From Lachnospira sp. (GTDB lineage Bacteria > Bacillota > Clostridia > Lachnospirales > Lachnospiraceae): DNA of 57,824 nt. The stretch spans positions 1 to 57,824 of the forward strand of contig JAQUVV010000001.1 in the NCBI GenBank assembly GCA_028693195.1. The letters are read 5' to 3'. Under the pieces are notes generated by a model, which saw only the letters and a program-made list of their open reading frames with translations, made no database searches and was not told the DNA's origin. Made by a program: the position numbers and the translations under genes. Shown one piece after another: positions 38,630-48,743 of this stretch (position 1 is the first letter of the stretch; every line of letters begins with the position of its first letter).

Positions 38630-39922
38630 CTATATAACGTTCATCAAGCACAAACTTGTAAAAACATAGTCCTGACATTTAATCTGCATAGACCCACCAT
38701 ATTTATCACAGATATCACCAATGGATTTAAGTCCCAGTCCTTCCCCGCGCTTTCGCTTACGGGATAAAATCTTATCTTTCTCTCTTTCCACTACGCTGTC
38801 AAAGGAATTGGAAATCATAATAGCCGCCACCATTCCTTCCAGCTTTACTGACAATGTGATAAATCGTTTCTGCTCTATCTTTTCGCAGGCTGATACTGCA
38901 TTATCCAGCGCATTTCCAAGCAATACACACAGATCCATATCTTTTATCCCAATCTGCTCAAAAGTTCCTTTTATCTCAAATTGAATATTTTTCTCTTTTG
39001 CAATTTTCATGTAGTGATATAAAATACCATCTACCGCCGCATTTCCACTACATGGAATGGGTACATTCCCATACTGACTAAATAGCAATTCATCGCAATA
39101 CACTCGAATTTGTTCCGGCTGTTCCCCATCTAAATAACCCTTAATGGCAGCAATATGATGTTTAAAATCATGCCGCACCTGTCTAGCCTCCAAAACCTTT
39201 GTAGACAGCACCTCGTAATATTTCTTTTGCCTGCCCAATTGCTCACTAATCATCTGCTTTTCTCGAATAGAAGCATAATTATCTGCCACACTCCTGCATA
39301 CGAACAAGACTGCGACACTCATAAAAAGGCGGCTTAAAACCATTCTAATATCCGTGGGGTACTCAGCCTCTGGTATAGCAAAATAACAAGCCAGATACAT
39401 AGCATATGGTATGAACCAGATATTATTCCAGTGATGCTCCTGCTCCAACCGAAGAAATGGCGTGACGGTCCTTACCATCTGGCTACGTATCAGTGGATAC
39501 AGTGCCAACATAACACCAGTCAGACACAGCGAGTTAATACCAATCTGTATCATAACATCTACGTGGATCAGTAAATGCTGAATATACATTGTAATGGTGA
39601 ACGCTAAAAGCGTCCATACCGCCGAAAGCCCCGCTGTAAAGAGATGTTCCTTCACCCAGCCTCGAATCACCGCTATATTGATAATCGCAAGAACGGCCCC
39701 ATCAATCATCTGTACCCATTTATAAAATAAAATGGAAATCATATCATGTTCTGCTGCGACCACATAGAACAGAAAATTAAGAATCAAAAAACAGCCATAC
39801 CACTGAACAAGCTGTTTCCGCTGCTTTTTGGATACCAGACTTTCAAAGGGGCGATACCGTATTAAAATCCCCGGCAATTTCCCCAGAGTGACTGCCAGAC
39901 TCATCCATATAATCACACTCAT
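38630..39922 (-). CDS. GHKL (AgrC/VirS-like) sensor histidine kinase
   Basis: About 6 TM, RHDFKHH, DLCVLLGNALDNA, G.GLKSI. Confidence 0.9.
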   Translation of the reverse strand: MSVIIWMSLAVTLGKLPGILIRYRPFESLVSKKQRKQLVQWYGCFLILNFLFYVVAAEHDMISILFYKWVQMIDGAVLAIINIAVIRGWVKEHLFTAGLSAVWTLLAFTITMYIQHLLIHVDVMIQIGINSLCLTGVMLALYPLIRSQMVRTVTPFLRLEQEHHWNNIWFIPYAMYLACYFAIPEAEYPTDIRMVLSRLFMSVAVLFVCRSVADNYASIREKQMISEQLGRQKKYYEVLSTKVLEARQVRHDFKHHIAAIKGYLDGEQPEQIRVYCDELLFSQYGNVPIPCSGNAAVDGILYHYMKIAKEKNIQFEIKGTFEQIGIKDMDLCVLLGNALDNAVSACEKIEQKRFITLSVKLEGMVAAIMISNSFDSVVEREKDKILSRKRKRGEGLGLKSIGDICDKYGGSMQIKCQDYVFTSLCLMNVI

Positions 39923-39924
39923 CT

Positions 39925-40656
39925 CTATACTCCCGTTCCATCGAACATTTCATTCCATTTGTAGGCTTCAAATGCTTCCTTTACGGTAATCCGTTCGCTT
40001 CTGCTCACCGAAATAGACTCTCCATTGCTAAGCCTCAACACATCGCTGGGAATGCTAATGATGTGCTTCAACGATACCAATGCATATCGGATAGGACGAA
40101 TAAAACTTTCTCTGGGCAGAAGCTCTTCCATTTCCTTTAAAGACAGACTTGCCTCCACGCATTCCTGCACCGTATGAATCATACATTTCTTATTAGCAGA
40201 CTCCACATATATAATGTCCGATACATAGATATCCTGATCCGTTCTACCAGTTTTTACAGTAATCATTTCCAGCTGTGCAAACTTTCGAAAAAAAGAATGT
40301 AAAACCTCTTGAATCTTTCTCTTTTCTATGGGTTTTACTAAGTAGTACATTGCATCCACCTCATAGGATTCTGCTGCATATTCTGGGGAAGTGCTGCAAA
40401 ATATAATCTGCGTCTTCCGCCCCGTTTGCACCAGGTTCCTAACCGTCTGCATACCTGTTATATGCCCCATATAAATATCCATAAAAATCAAGTCATAGAT
40501 CTGGTACTCCGAAGCAAGAAATGCTTCACCCGAATCATATTCGTCTACTTCAATCTCATAGTGATTCTGCCGCCTCACTTCTTCAATCTGTCCTGCAATG
40601 AATTGACGATCTTGTTGAAGGTCATCACATACTGCAATATGAATTTTCTCTCTCAT
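39925..40656 (-). CDS. LytTR-family response regulator
   Basis: IAVCDD, DLIFMDIYM, YLVKP, DIIYVES; start taken at MREK (40656). Confidence 0.9.
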   Translation of the reverse strand: MREKIHIAVCDDLQQDRQFIAGQIEEVRRQNHYEIEVDEYDSGEAFLASEYQIYDLIFMDIYMGHITGMQTVRNLVQTGRKTQIIFCSTSPEYAAESYEVDAMYYLVKPIEKRKIQEVLHSFFRKFAQLEMITVKTGRTDQDIYVSDIIYVESANKKCMIHTVQECVEASLSLKEMEELLPRESFIRPIRYALVSLKHIISIPSDVLRLSNGESISVSRSERITVKEAFEAYKWNEMFDGTGV

Positions 40657-40709
40657 TAGCTTTCTCCGACCTTTCTTTTCGTACTTCATTTTGTCAAGCT
40701 CTTAGGCTC

Positions 40710-40747
40710 TAAGACGGTCTGTAAATTTTTCTGTTACTGTTTTATTT
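40710..40747. repeat. 38-bp direct repeat, copy A
   Basis: TAAGACGGTCTGTAAATTTTTCTGTTACTGTTTTATTT; 34/38 identical to 42085-42122. Confidence 0.85.
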
Positions 40748-41936
40748 TATCTAACAACCAATTGGCAATATCAATAATCCTTATTCCCTCATACTGATAC
40801 TCGTCATGCCTTGTCCTTGCAATGATCATTCTGGGATAAGCGTCTTTAATACTAAGTAAAGGCGACACTTCTCTTTCAAACGTCTTGTCATCTCCGATAT
40901 TATCAGACACTTGAATGTATATCTTTTCGTTGCGCTTGAGTGCAACAAAGTCTATCTCTTTCTTATATAGAACGCCCACATATACTTCGTATCCCCTTCG
41001 CAACAATTCAATAGCAACAATGTTTTCAAGAACCCGCCCGTAGTCCATATTTTTTATGCCTAATTTTGCATAGCGGAAAGTGTGGTCACTTAAATAGTAC
41101 TTGTCATTAGATGCCAAATATTTCTTTCCTTTAATGTCATACCTTCTTATCTTGTAAAATGCAAAAGCGTTACAAAGATACTGCATATACGCTCCCACCG
41201 TTGTATGATTTACCTTTTCGTGCATACTTCCTAATGTGTTAGAAATGTTTCGTGGTGATGTAAGATTTGACACATTATCCATCAGAAAATCAACAATCCT
41301 ATCCATTAGCTGTATATTTCTAATCCTATACTTTTTACGAATATCTCTTACAATGAGCGTATCAAATACGTCAGCCACATAATCATACTTAGCTTCTGGA
41401 TCTTTATAAAGATAGGAACCTGCCATTCCTCCTTCAAGCATATATTTATCCAATCCCATATGCCTATCCTCCAATTGGAAATACTCCATATATTCGCTAA
41501 AGGAGAACGGATATATCTTAATTTCAAAAGTACGACCAGTGAATAATGTTGCTAAATCTGAACTTAATAAAAATGCATTAGAACCCGTAATATAGATGTC
41601 GAATTTTTCACTTGCGTGAAGTCCATTCACAGCTTTCTCAAAATCTTTGCACATCTGTACCTCATCAATAAACACATAATTATCTTTTCCGGCAATATAA
41701 TGTGCATTGACATAATCATATAATGCTCGATATGTTAGCAATTCATCATAGTCAGGTATATTGAAATTCACCTGAATTATATTACATTTTGGATTTTCCA
41801 ATTTAATCTTTTCACTAAATGCATCAAGAAGCTTTGACTTTCCGCTACGTCTCACACCTGTTATCACCTTAATGTCAGGTGTTCCCATCACGCTTATCAA
41901 CTTATTTAAATACTGCTCTCGTTCTATCAGTTTCAT
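40734..41936 (-). CDS. AAA_14 ATPase with C-terminal DUF4143 domain
   Basis: Walker A GVRRSGKS, Walker B FIDEVQ, ITGSNA, GRTF, LENIVAIEL, EIDFV..IQVS. Confidence 0.88.
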   Translation of the reverse strand: MKLIEREQYLNKLISVMGTPDIKVITGVRRSGKSKLLDAFSEKIKLENPKCNIIQVNFNIPDYDELLTYRALYDYVNAHYIAGKDNYVFIDEVQMCKDFEKAVNGLHASEKFDIYITGSNAFLLSSDLATLFTGRTFEIKIYPFSFSEYMEYFQLEDRHMGLDKYMLEGGMAGSYLYKDPEAKYDYVADVFDTLIVRDIRKKYRIRNIQLMDRIVDFLMDNVSNLTSPRNISNTLGSMHEKVNHTTVGAYMQYLCNAFAFYKIRRYDIKGKKYLASNDKYYLSDHTFRYAKLGIKNMDYGRVLENIVAIELLRRGYEVYVGVLYKKEIDFVALKRNEKIYIQVSDNIGDDKTFEREVSPLLSIKDAYPRMIIARTRHDEYQYEGIRIIDIANWLLDKIKQ

Positions 41937-41977
41937 CGAAATCACCCCTTTCAATGTTGTAATTATATCTCTATCAT

Positions 41978-42032
41978 ATAAAATTTATTAGCCAAAATCA
42001 AGTTTTTTTCATTTTTGGCTAATAAATTTTAT
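41978..42032. promoter_or_regulatory. 20-bp perfect inverted repeat overlapping the ATPase promoter
   Basis: ATAAAATTTATTAGCCAAAA-N15-TTTTGGCTAATAAATTTTAT; TTGATT-17-TATGAT on the minus strand. Confidence 0.7.
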
Positions 42033-42084
42033 TTAATGTAGCTCTACACACATCTAAACAAACCGCCTTATAGTCCATAAGCCA

Positions 42085-42122
42085 TAAGACGGTCTGTGTA
42101 TTGTTCTGTCACTGTTTTATTT
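42085..42122. repeat. 38-bp direct repeat, copy B (includes one arm of a terminator hairpin)
   Basis: TAAGACGGTCTGTGTATTGTTCTGTCACTGTTTTATTT; pairs with AAACCGCCTTAT at about 42060-42071. Confidence 0.85.
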
Positions 42123-44070
42123 ATTTTTTGAATTGAATTCTTTCTTGCGGTAGATGAACACGCCCGCAACTCCCGCTAAAGCTGCTAGTAAAAGTAAAGT
42201 CCAAAGTGTGACATTACTGTTATCTCCGGTCTTTGCCGCTTTGGTTGAACTTTGGCTGTTATTGGTTGAACTCTGACCCGTATTGCTGTCTCCGCCGTTC
42301 CCGTTCCTTGTATCAGTATAAGCAATCGCGTATGTAGAGAATTGATCCGTTTCTGTGGTAAGTATACCCGTTGTTGCATTATAGGTTGATTCTAAGAACT
42401 CTGGCACTTCATTATGTACTCTTATCATATGATAAGTTCTAGTTATGGCAGGGTCTGTGTTCTTAAGCTGATCTGGAATTTCAATGGCCACTTCTATCAT
42501 ATTTCCAGTAATATCAGTCAGTCTGCTGGCTGCATTCTCTCCCACCTTCTTATACAGTGACAAGTCTAAATACATTCCAACTTTTCCATTACTTAACTGA
42601 CTGGATATTAAACCTGTAACAAGATTCTTGCCTGCTGTTGGTGCGGTGTTATCCGCATTAATCACATCCAGATAAAGTAAAATTTTTGTTCCATCTTCTA
42701 CCTGCTGCAATTCTTCTGTTGAAAGCAATTTTTTCGCCAATTCAACATTTAGATTGCTGATTTCTGTCTTTGGTGCGTTCTGATCAACATTAACCTCTGT
42801 TTCAATCTTTCCACCCACTGTTCCAACGTCTGCAGAATCCTTTGATGTACTATCCATTGGTTTTTTAATCTTCGTGTTTGGTATCTCTCTGGTATTTGTT
42901 GTTCCACAACCATGATCGCAGGAAGCGGTCTCTGTACAATTCTGTAACAATGATGCATTATTATCTGATGTATAATTAGTAAAACTATGTCCGTTGTAAA
43001 TAGTTACACCACTTACTGTAGCCGCATTTCCCGCCTTATCTGTTGCTACAATAGAATAACTTGTATTCGTAGCTGGGAGGGTATATGTTCCATCTGAAAG
43101 AGTTACTTCTTGACCGTTTACTTTTACAGTCACCGTTTCAAGGTTGTTGTCTGATACGGTAATGGTCTGACTTTCACAATATTTTGTATCGGCTGTCACT
43201 CCAGAGATAGTCGGCGCTGTGCCATCTAATACCAGCCCATTTGATGAAATATAGGTTGTGTTTTTTGATTTATCTGTAATCTTTGCATAAATAATCAACT
43301 TCTTGTCTGGATCAATACTAAAGGTGCCATTATTGGAAATCTCTGTCCATTTTGAATCTTCCAGTGCACTCACCTGATCCTTAGCCAATTCCGTTTCCGA
43401 TACGTGATAATAGAGCTTGTTTAAGCCACTCTCATTAGCACCGTCTGCTCCAGTAATTTTAACTGTCTGTGTGTCTTTAAAGAATATTCCAAAGGTAATG
43501 TTATTTAAAAAGCTATTCCATTTATTGCTGTCATTGCTACCAACTTGAATTGCCCCAGTTGGTGGATTTGGATCCGTAATCTTCCAGGTCACAGTCGTTT
43601 CACCGGTATAGTTCCCCTTACCTGTAATCGTCAGTGTATAGGTGCCAACATTTGTTTTAGTTGTATCTCCTGAAATTACATAATCCTTATCACTAGTTGG
43701 TACTAGAGTATGATCTTCGTCTGTAACAGTCACCGTAGGAGTAATGGTTTCTCGTGTAAAATCATAGCAATTATTATTGCTATCAAGCGTAATCATATTT
43801 GCAGTAATTGGCTTCGGATTAATCGCGAATTTCACGCTTGATGTCACTGAAATTGTATAGTTGACTGCTGTCAGATTATTATTACTAATCTTATAGGAAC
43901 CAACATCACTACCAGGCTCTCGCTGTAAAGCGCCTTGGATTACGTCCTTAGTGTCAGATTCCTTAAGTCCACTCACCGTATATGTAAGGGCTGGATCTAC
44001 TTCTCCATAAATTTTAGATTGGTTATCATCTGGTATTACTGATAAGATTGCTTTATTAATCGTAACCGTT
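42117..44070 (-). pseudogene. 5'-truncated cell-wall-anchored protein (MBG and Ig-like domains)
   Basis: Begins mid-MBG domain (SKIYGEVDPALTY), no signal peptide or RBS; C-terminal AAKTGD + TM + basic tail; abuts the truncated portal. Confidence 0.75.
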
Positions 44071-44284
44071 CTTTGTACTGATATACATGAAGCGGTAACG
44101 ATGCAATCGCCTCTGCCAGAATTCTGACACAAGCATAAACTGCAGTTGTCTGCATTGCTGTTCTTTCATTGACCGGCATTCCGCTGGTTGTTCTACCAAA
44201 TAGGAATGAATATCCTGCATCTGCTGCTTTGTTCACAGGTTTGTCTCTTGCCTGCCCAAAACCAAATAAACTCTTAATTCCCAT
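44036..44284 (-). pseudogene. Phage portal protein (HK97 family), truncated after about 72 aa
   Basis: 'G..VNERTAMQTTAVYACVRILAEAIASLPLHVY' portal N-terminus, AGGAGG RBS, then runs out of frame into cargo. Confidence 0.88.
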
Positions 44285-44340
44285 ATGACACCTCCTAAAA
44301 ATGGGTACAAAAAAGCACCTCCTAAGAAGTGCTCTCTCTA

Positions 44341-45951
44341 CTATAAATATTTATCCGCCAGCATATCTGTACTCTTTAAATATCCATGTACAGTTTTGTA
44401 ATATTCTACATGCTTTTTAACTGCATTTGCCGCCGTCTTCTGCATATCACGACCATAATCCTGCCCTATATGTTTCAAATAATATTCAGTCGCATACAAA
44501 TTCATTGTCCTTGCATATCGTTCTCCAGATAACATATATTTAAAATCATTAATATAATCACCTGTGGAATTAAAATTCATTCCTGTTCGTTTACACAGCT
44601 CATTTCTTCCTTCTTGGAATCCCAGTGCTCCTTCGTAAACCTTCTTTGCTATCTCATATGCTGTAGGAATCATTTCCTTTGATATCTTATTTGAACTATC
44701 AACAGAAGGTTTCTTCCAATCAACATCTGAAACATATTTGCAGACACCGTACTTTCTTTCTAACTCATCAAACTTTTTATCAATATACTCTTTTGCATTT
44801 CCGGTCAATCGAATATGCGCTTTTTGATGATGCTTCTTTGCAACTTCTGCAAGTGTCTCATTCTTTCCAAACGAGGAAATGTACGTATCTGAACCTAGTT
44901 CATCCCATAGATCATCTAATGGAATACCATTTTTTATTTCAGTATCTATAACTGTACACTCTGCAATAATACAATACCAAGGATATCTGCTCATCCAATC
45001 CATTTCATTAATCCATTCATCTGTCACATGATTTTCTTCTGAAAAGCCGAGTAAATATCCTCTTCCAACAATTACTGGTAAATTTTTTCCCCTGACATCT
45101 GTTGTCAGTGCTGCCAGATAAATTTCATCATTATCTTTAATGGAATTAACTTTAAATGGATAATTTGACAAATACCATTTTTTCTTATCAACTTCAACAG
45201 AAACCATATCAAGTTTCGAATCAGCTTCTATTCGATTATTTCCTTCTCCTTCAAATTTCAGCCAAACTGTATGATCCAGAAGCAGTTGCTCTTTAGCGCT
45301 ATTTCGATTAAACATTCCATCAACAATATCGATATCTTCTCTTGCTTTATTAAGCTCTTTTTCAAGATCTGAAGTTGTTTCGAATTTTGATTTTCTATCT
45401 ATACTAGCTCCATACATAAAACTGCTTGTTGTTTTGCCTTTATCTTTTTTAGCACTTAAAAGGTGTTTATATTTCTTTCTCGCATCGTCTATTACTTCTT
45501 TCGTTATTACTCCTTCATCGGAAAGCTGTATTTGTTCCACAAGTGTTTCAAAATAAGAATGAAGCTCTGGAAGAATATTGTCCTCTTGATTCAAAAGAAG
45601 AGATAATTCGATATTCGACTTAAATCCACCGGCTGTAAAATTTGCCGACCCCAATACTCCATCTGTATCATCAAATAAATATAACTTTGTATGCAGTCCT
45701 TTTAATGCATATACTGTAATACCCGCGTCCATCATCATTTCAATGGCGTCGATACTATTTGCCTTTGCGAACATATCTTCCAAATAAAACCTGGTAATGA
45801 AACGGCACTTAATATCTGTTTCTTCCACTAATTCACATAATTTTATTGCAATAGACTCCGAAATGAATGGACTAATTATCTTAATCTCTTTCTTGGTTCC
45901 TTCAAACAAATCCAATATTTTATCATAATGGTTATTTGTTAATACCTCCAT
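44341..45951 (-). CDS. PLD-family nuclease-domain protein (putative restriction/defence)
   Basis: Single HKD-type motif LHTKLYLFD...GSANFT..G...NIE; AT-rich; inserted between terL and portal; GGAGG RBS. Confidence 0.75.
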   Translation of the reverse strand: MEVLTNNHYDKILDLFEGTKKEIKIISPFISESIAIKLCELVEETDIKCRFITRFYLEDMFAKANSIDAIEMMMDAGITVYALKGLHTKLYLFDDTDGVLGSANFTAGGFKSNIELSLLLNQEDNILPELHSYFETLVEQIQLSDEGVITKEVIDDARKKYKHLLSAKKDKGKTTSSFMYGASIDRKSKFETTSDLEKELNKAREDIDIVDGMFNRNSAKEQLLLDHTVWLKFEGEGNNRIEADSKLDMVSVEVDKKKWYLSNYPFKVNSIKDNDEIYLAALTTDVRGKNLPVIVGRGYLLGFSEENHVTDEWINEMDWMSRYPWYCIIAECTVIDTEIKNGIPLDDLWDELGSDTYISSFGKNETLAEVAKKHHQKAHIRLTGNAKEYIDKKFDELERKYGVCKYVSDVDWKKPSVDSSNKISKEMIPTAYEIAKKVYEGALGFQEGRNELCKRTGMNFNSTGDYINDFKYMLSGERYARTMNLYATEYYLKHIGQDYGRDMQKTAANAVKKHVEYYKTVHGYLKSTDMLADKYL

Positions 45952-46008
45952 AGTATTCCTCCGTTCACACTGCTTGATATGTTTCAGTATACCACGATTG
46001 AGGTACAA

Positions 46009-47556
46009 TCAAAATACTAATATTCCTCTATCATCATATACGCTGCCTGTGCTCCCACCATTACGAATTGCTCTATCTAACGCCATTACTGTCGCAACCG
46101 CACCATCTATCTTCTCAGTGGATTTTTCCTTATCCATCTTGATATTTCCCGCAGGATCCTGCCTTACAAAGACATTGTCAAGCATCCACCTAAGCGGAGG
46201 ATTTCCAGCATGAGCCATCTTTTTTTCTAGTGTCAATTTCATAAGCTCCTTTGTGGGTGGTGACATATCTTTATATCCCTGGCCAAACGGAACCACTGTA
46301 AATCCCATCCCCTCTAAATCCTGAACCATCTGAACTGCTCCCCATCTATCATACGCAATCTCCTTGATGTTGTACTTCTTACCCAGCTCTTCAATAAAAT
46401 TCTCAATGAATCCATAATGGATTACATTTCCTTCTGTAGTTTTCAAGAATCCTTGCTTCTCCCATACATCATATGGAACATGATCTCTTCTAACACGAAG
46501 CGCCAGGTTATCTTCTGGAATCCAAAAATATGGAAGGAGCATATACTTCTCATCCTCATTTCTTGGTGGGAATATAAGAACCAATGCTGTAATATCAGAT
46601 GTCTGTGATAAATCTAAGCCACCATAACATTCCCGGCCTATGAGCTCTTCTGGATCCACAGCAAAAGCACACTCATCCCATTTATCCATCGGCATCCATC
46701 TAGTGGACTGTTTTACCCATTGGTCCAATCGAAGCTGCCGAAAGACATTCTCCTCTGCTGGATTTTCCTTGGCACTCCGATATGCATTACGCACCTTTTC
46801 AATATCAATTGTATGTCCAAGTGAAGGATTGGCTTTATACCAATTCTCTTCCTTTCCCCAATCTGCATCATCCGGCAAACCATAAATAACCGGATAATAT
46901 GTCGGATCAATCTTTCTTCCTTCAATCAAATCCACCGCTTTCTGATGTTGCTCAAAGCAAATAGAATTTCGATCAGTACCTGCTGTTGTAATAAGGAAAA
47001 ATAATGGCTGCGTTCTGGCATCACCAGAACCTTTCGTCATTACATCAAAGAGTTCTCGATTGGGCTGTGCATGCAGCTCATCAAAAATAACTGCATGGCA
47101 ATTAAGTCCATGCTTTGTATAGGCCTCTGCCGATAAAACCTGGTAAAAAGAATTTGTCGGCTGATATACAATCCTCTTTACAGACATAATTGGTTTCACT
47201 CTCTTTTTCAGTGCCGGACACTGATCAATCATATCGATTGCAACATCAAATACAATGGAGGCCTGCTGCCGGTCTGAAGCACAGCCATAAACCTCTGCTC
47301 CCCACTCTCCGTCACCACAGGTCATATAAAGAGCAAGCGCTGCGGCCAGCTCTGACTTTCCATTCTTCTTTGGAATTTCTACATAAGCAGTATTGTATTG
47401 TCGGTATCCATTTTCTTTCATATTTCCGAAAATGTCTCGAATGATCTGCTCCTGCCAAGGAAGTAAATCAAATGGAACACCTCTCCACTGGCCCTTGGTA
47501 TGTTTCAGGTTATTGATAAATCGCAATGTTCTCTGCGCTTTTTCTTCGTCAAACAT
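46009..47556 (-). CDS. Phage terminase large subunit (Terminase_1)
   Basis: PWQ, EIPKKNGKSE, IFDELH, ITTAG, GGLDLS, EKIDG.VA..MA. Confidence 0.95.
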   Translation of the reverse strand: MFDEEKAQRTLRFINNLKHTKGQWRGVPFDLLPWQEQIIRDIFGNMKENGYRQYNTAYVEIPKKNGKSELAAALALYMTCGDGEWGAEVYGCASDRQQASIVFDVAIDMIDQCPALKKRVKPIMSVKRIVYQPTNSFYQVLSAEAYTKHGLNCHAVIFDELHAQPNRELFDVMTKGSGDARTQPLFFLITTAGTDRNSICFEQHQKAVDLIEGRKIDPTYYPVIYGLPDDADWGKEENWYKANPSLGHTIDIEKVRNAYRSAKENPAEENVFRQLRLDQWVKQSTRWMPMDKWDECAFAVDPEELIGRECYGGLDLSQTSDITALVLIFPPRNEDEKYMLLPYFWIPEDNLALRVRRDHVPYDVWEKQGFLKTTEGNVIHYGFIENFIEELGKKYNIKEIAYDRWGAVQMVQDLEGMGFTVVPFGQGYKDMSPPTKELMKLTLEKKMAHAGNPPLRWMLDNVFVRQDPAGNIKMDKEKSTEKIDGAVATVMALDRAIRNGGSTGSVYDDRGILVF

Positions 47557-48035
47557 TATCTACCACCACCTGTCATCAGCAAGAATTCCATTTCATCCGC
47601 TTCCTGTTCCTTTGCATCTGCTGCGACAATTCTGCTTCTGGAAGATGGTGTAAGTCCAAACTCACTACAAAATCTAAGCATGGTTTTCAAGTTTGTCTGT
47701 GCAATGGATACCTGTGGTACCTGCTGCCAGTAACCTGATGGTGTTTTAACGATACTACCATGTTGCTCAATAAATTCTTCTGCCTCCTTCCATCTAGCAT
47801 AGGACTGACAATATCCAGCAAATGCTGCAAAATCTAACTCGGTAAGAGTCCCAAGGTCCTCCATTGTTTTGGATAGTCGTTTCCACTCCTTTTTTGCTTC
47901 CTCTGTAAGCCAGTCCGGGCAAGCCGGCGCCTTCTTCGCGGGCTTTGGTTCCATTGCGTTCAAAGCACGTTTTCCCGGATTTCCTTCCAGCACTTTCACT
48001 GCTGTTGGCTTTGGTTTTCTTCCTCGTTGTGCCAT
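47556..48035 (-). CDS. Phage terminase small subunit, P27 family
   Basis: RGRKPKPTA.K.LEGNPGKR, CPDWL..EAKKEW, EFGLTPSSRSRI. Confidence 0.93.
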   Translation of the reverse strand: MAQRGRKPKPTAVKVLEGNPGKRALNAMEPKPAKKAPACPDWLTEEAKKEWKRLSKTMEDLGTLTELDFAAFAGYCQSYARWKEAEEFIEQHGSIVKTPSGYWQQVPQVSIAQTNLKTMLRFCSEFGLTPSSRSRIVAADAKEQEADEMEFLLMTGGGR

Positions 48036-48168
48036 TTTGCCTCATCTCCTTTCATAGCACGAAAAAAGCAGCCCATAAGAGCTGCCGTTATATTATTATT
48101 TCATATTGTCGCCATTAAAATGGACACGAGAAAAAGGCCAACTAAATAGCCTCTTTCCCATATTCATT

Positions 48169-48408
48169 TTAGTTATATTCTTTTATCAGAATGGCGATTG
48201 CCATCTTCGTGTATTCATCTTCTGGTTCAATATCCCAGCCTCTGTCATAATTGCAGGTTTCTTTTCCATGAATCCTGATTGACAGCTTTGAAATTCTTCC
48301 TTCTTCAATTCCGAAAGCGCTACCTTCTTCATAAGCCTTTACCTCATAATGGCAAGCCACCATCTTTCCATCCTTGTCTGGTACTCCAATCGTTCCTTTA
48401 TGCCACAT
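48169..48408 (-). CDS. Conserved small phage protein
   Basis: 'VK.YEEGS.FGI..GRISKL.I......CNYDRGWDIEP' motif common in this element family; GGAGG RBS. Confidence 0.7.
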   Translation of the reverse strand: MWHKGTIGVPDKDGKMVACHYEVKAYEEGSAFGIEEGRISKLSIRIHGKETCNYDRGWDIEPEDEYTKMAIAILIKEYN

Positions 48409-48442
48409 ATCTCTTTCCTCCATTTTCTTTGTTTTCCCTTTC

Positions 48443-48532
48443 GGTATGTACATATTCGCTCTAATTCAACTATATATCCAGTTAATTCGATTCATATATG
48501 TACCAAAGATTATTGGCAGCTATTGTGCATAT
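48443..48532 (-). repeat. Repeated upstream (promoter-like) cassette, copy 1
   Basis: About 90 bp closely similar to 49120-49209. Confidence 0.75.
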
Positions 48533-48731
48533 CTTTGTGCTTGGTAAGCCAGCAGGCCATACCATCCACATAGATGATTTCCCAAACAATGCCTCGATAT
48601 TTCACCCTATACATATCCATTCCACAATAGGCGTTACTCTTATGATTTTCAAAAGTGATCTCACCTCGCTTAAGCATATTATCAGCAAGATGTGTCCTAA
48701 GCTTATCCGCATCCGGCCAGTAGTTATTCAT
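48510..48731 (-). CDS. Hypothetical protein
   Basis: AGGAGG RBS before ATG 48731; directly follows the upstream gene. Confidence 0.55.
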   Translation of the reverse strand: MNNYWPDADKLRTHLADNMLKRGEITFENHKSNAYCGMDMYRVKYRGIVWEIIYVDGMACWLTKHKDMHNSCQ

Positions 48732-48743
48732 CCTTGCCACCTC

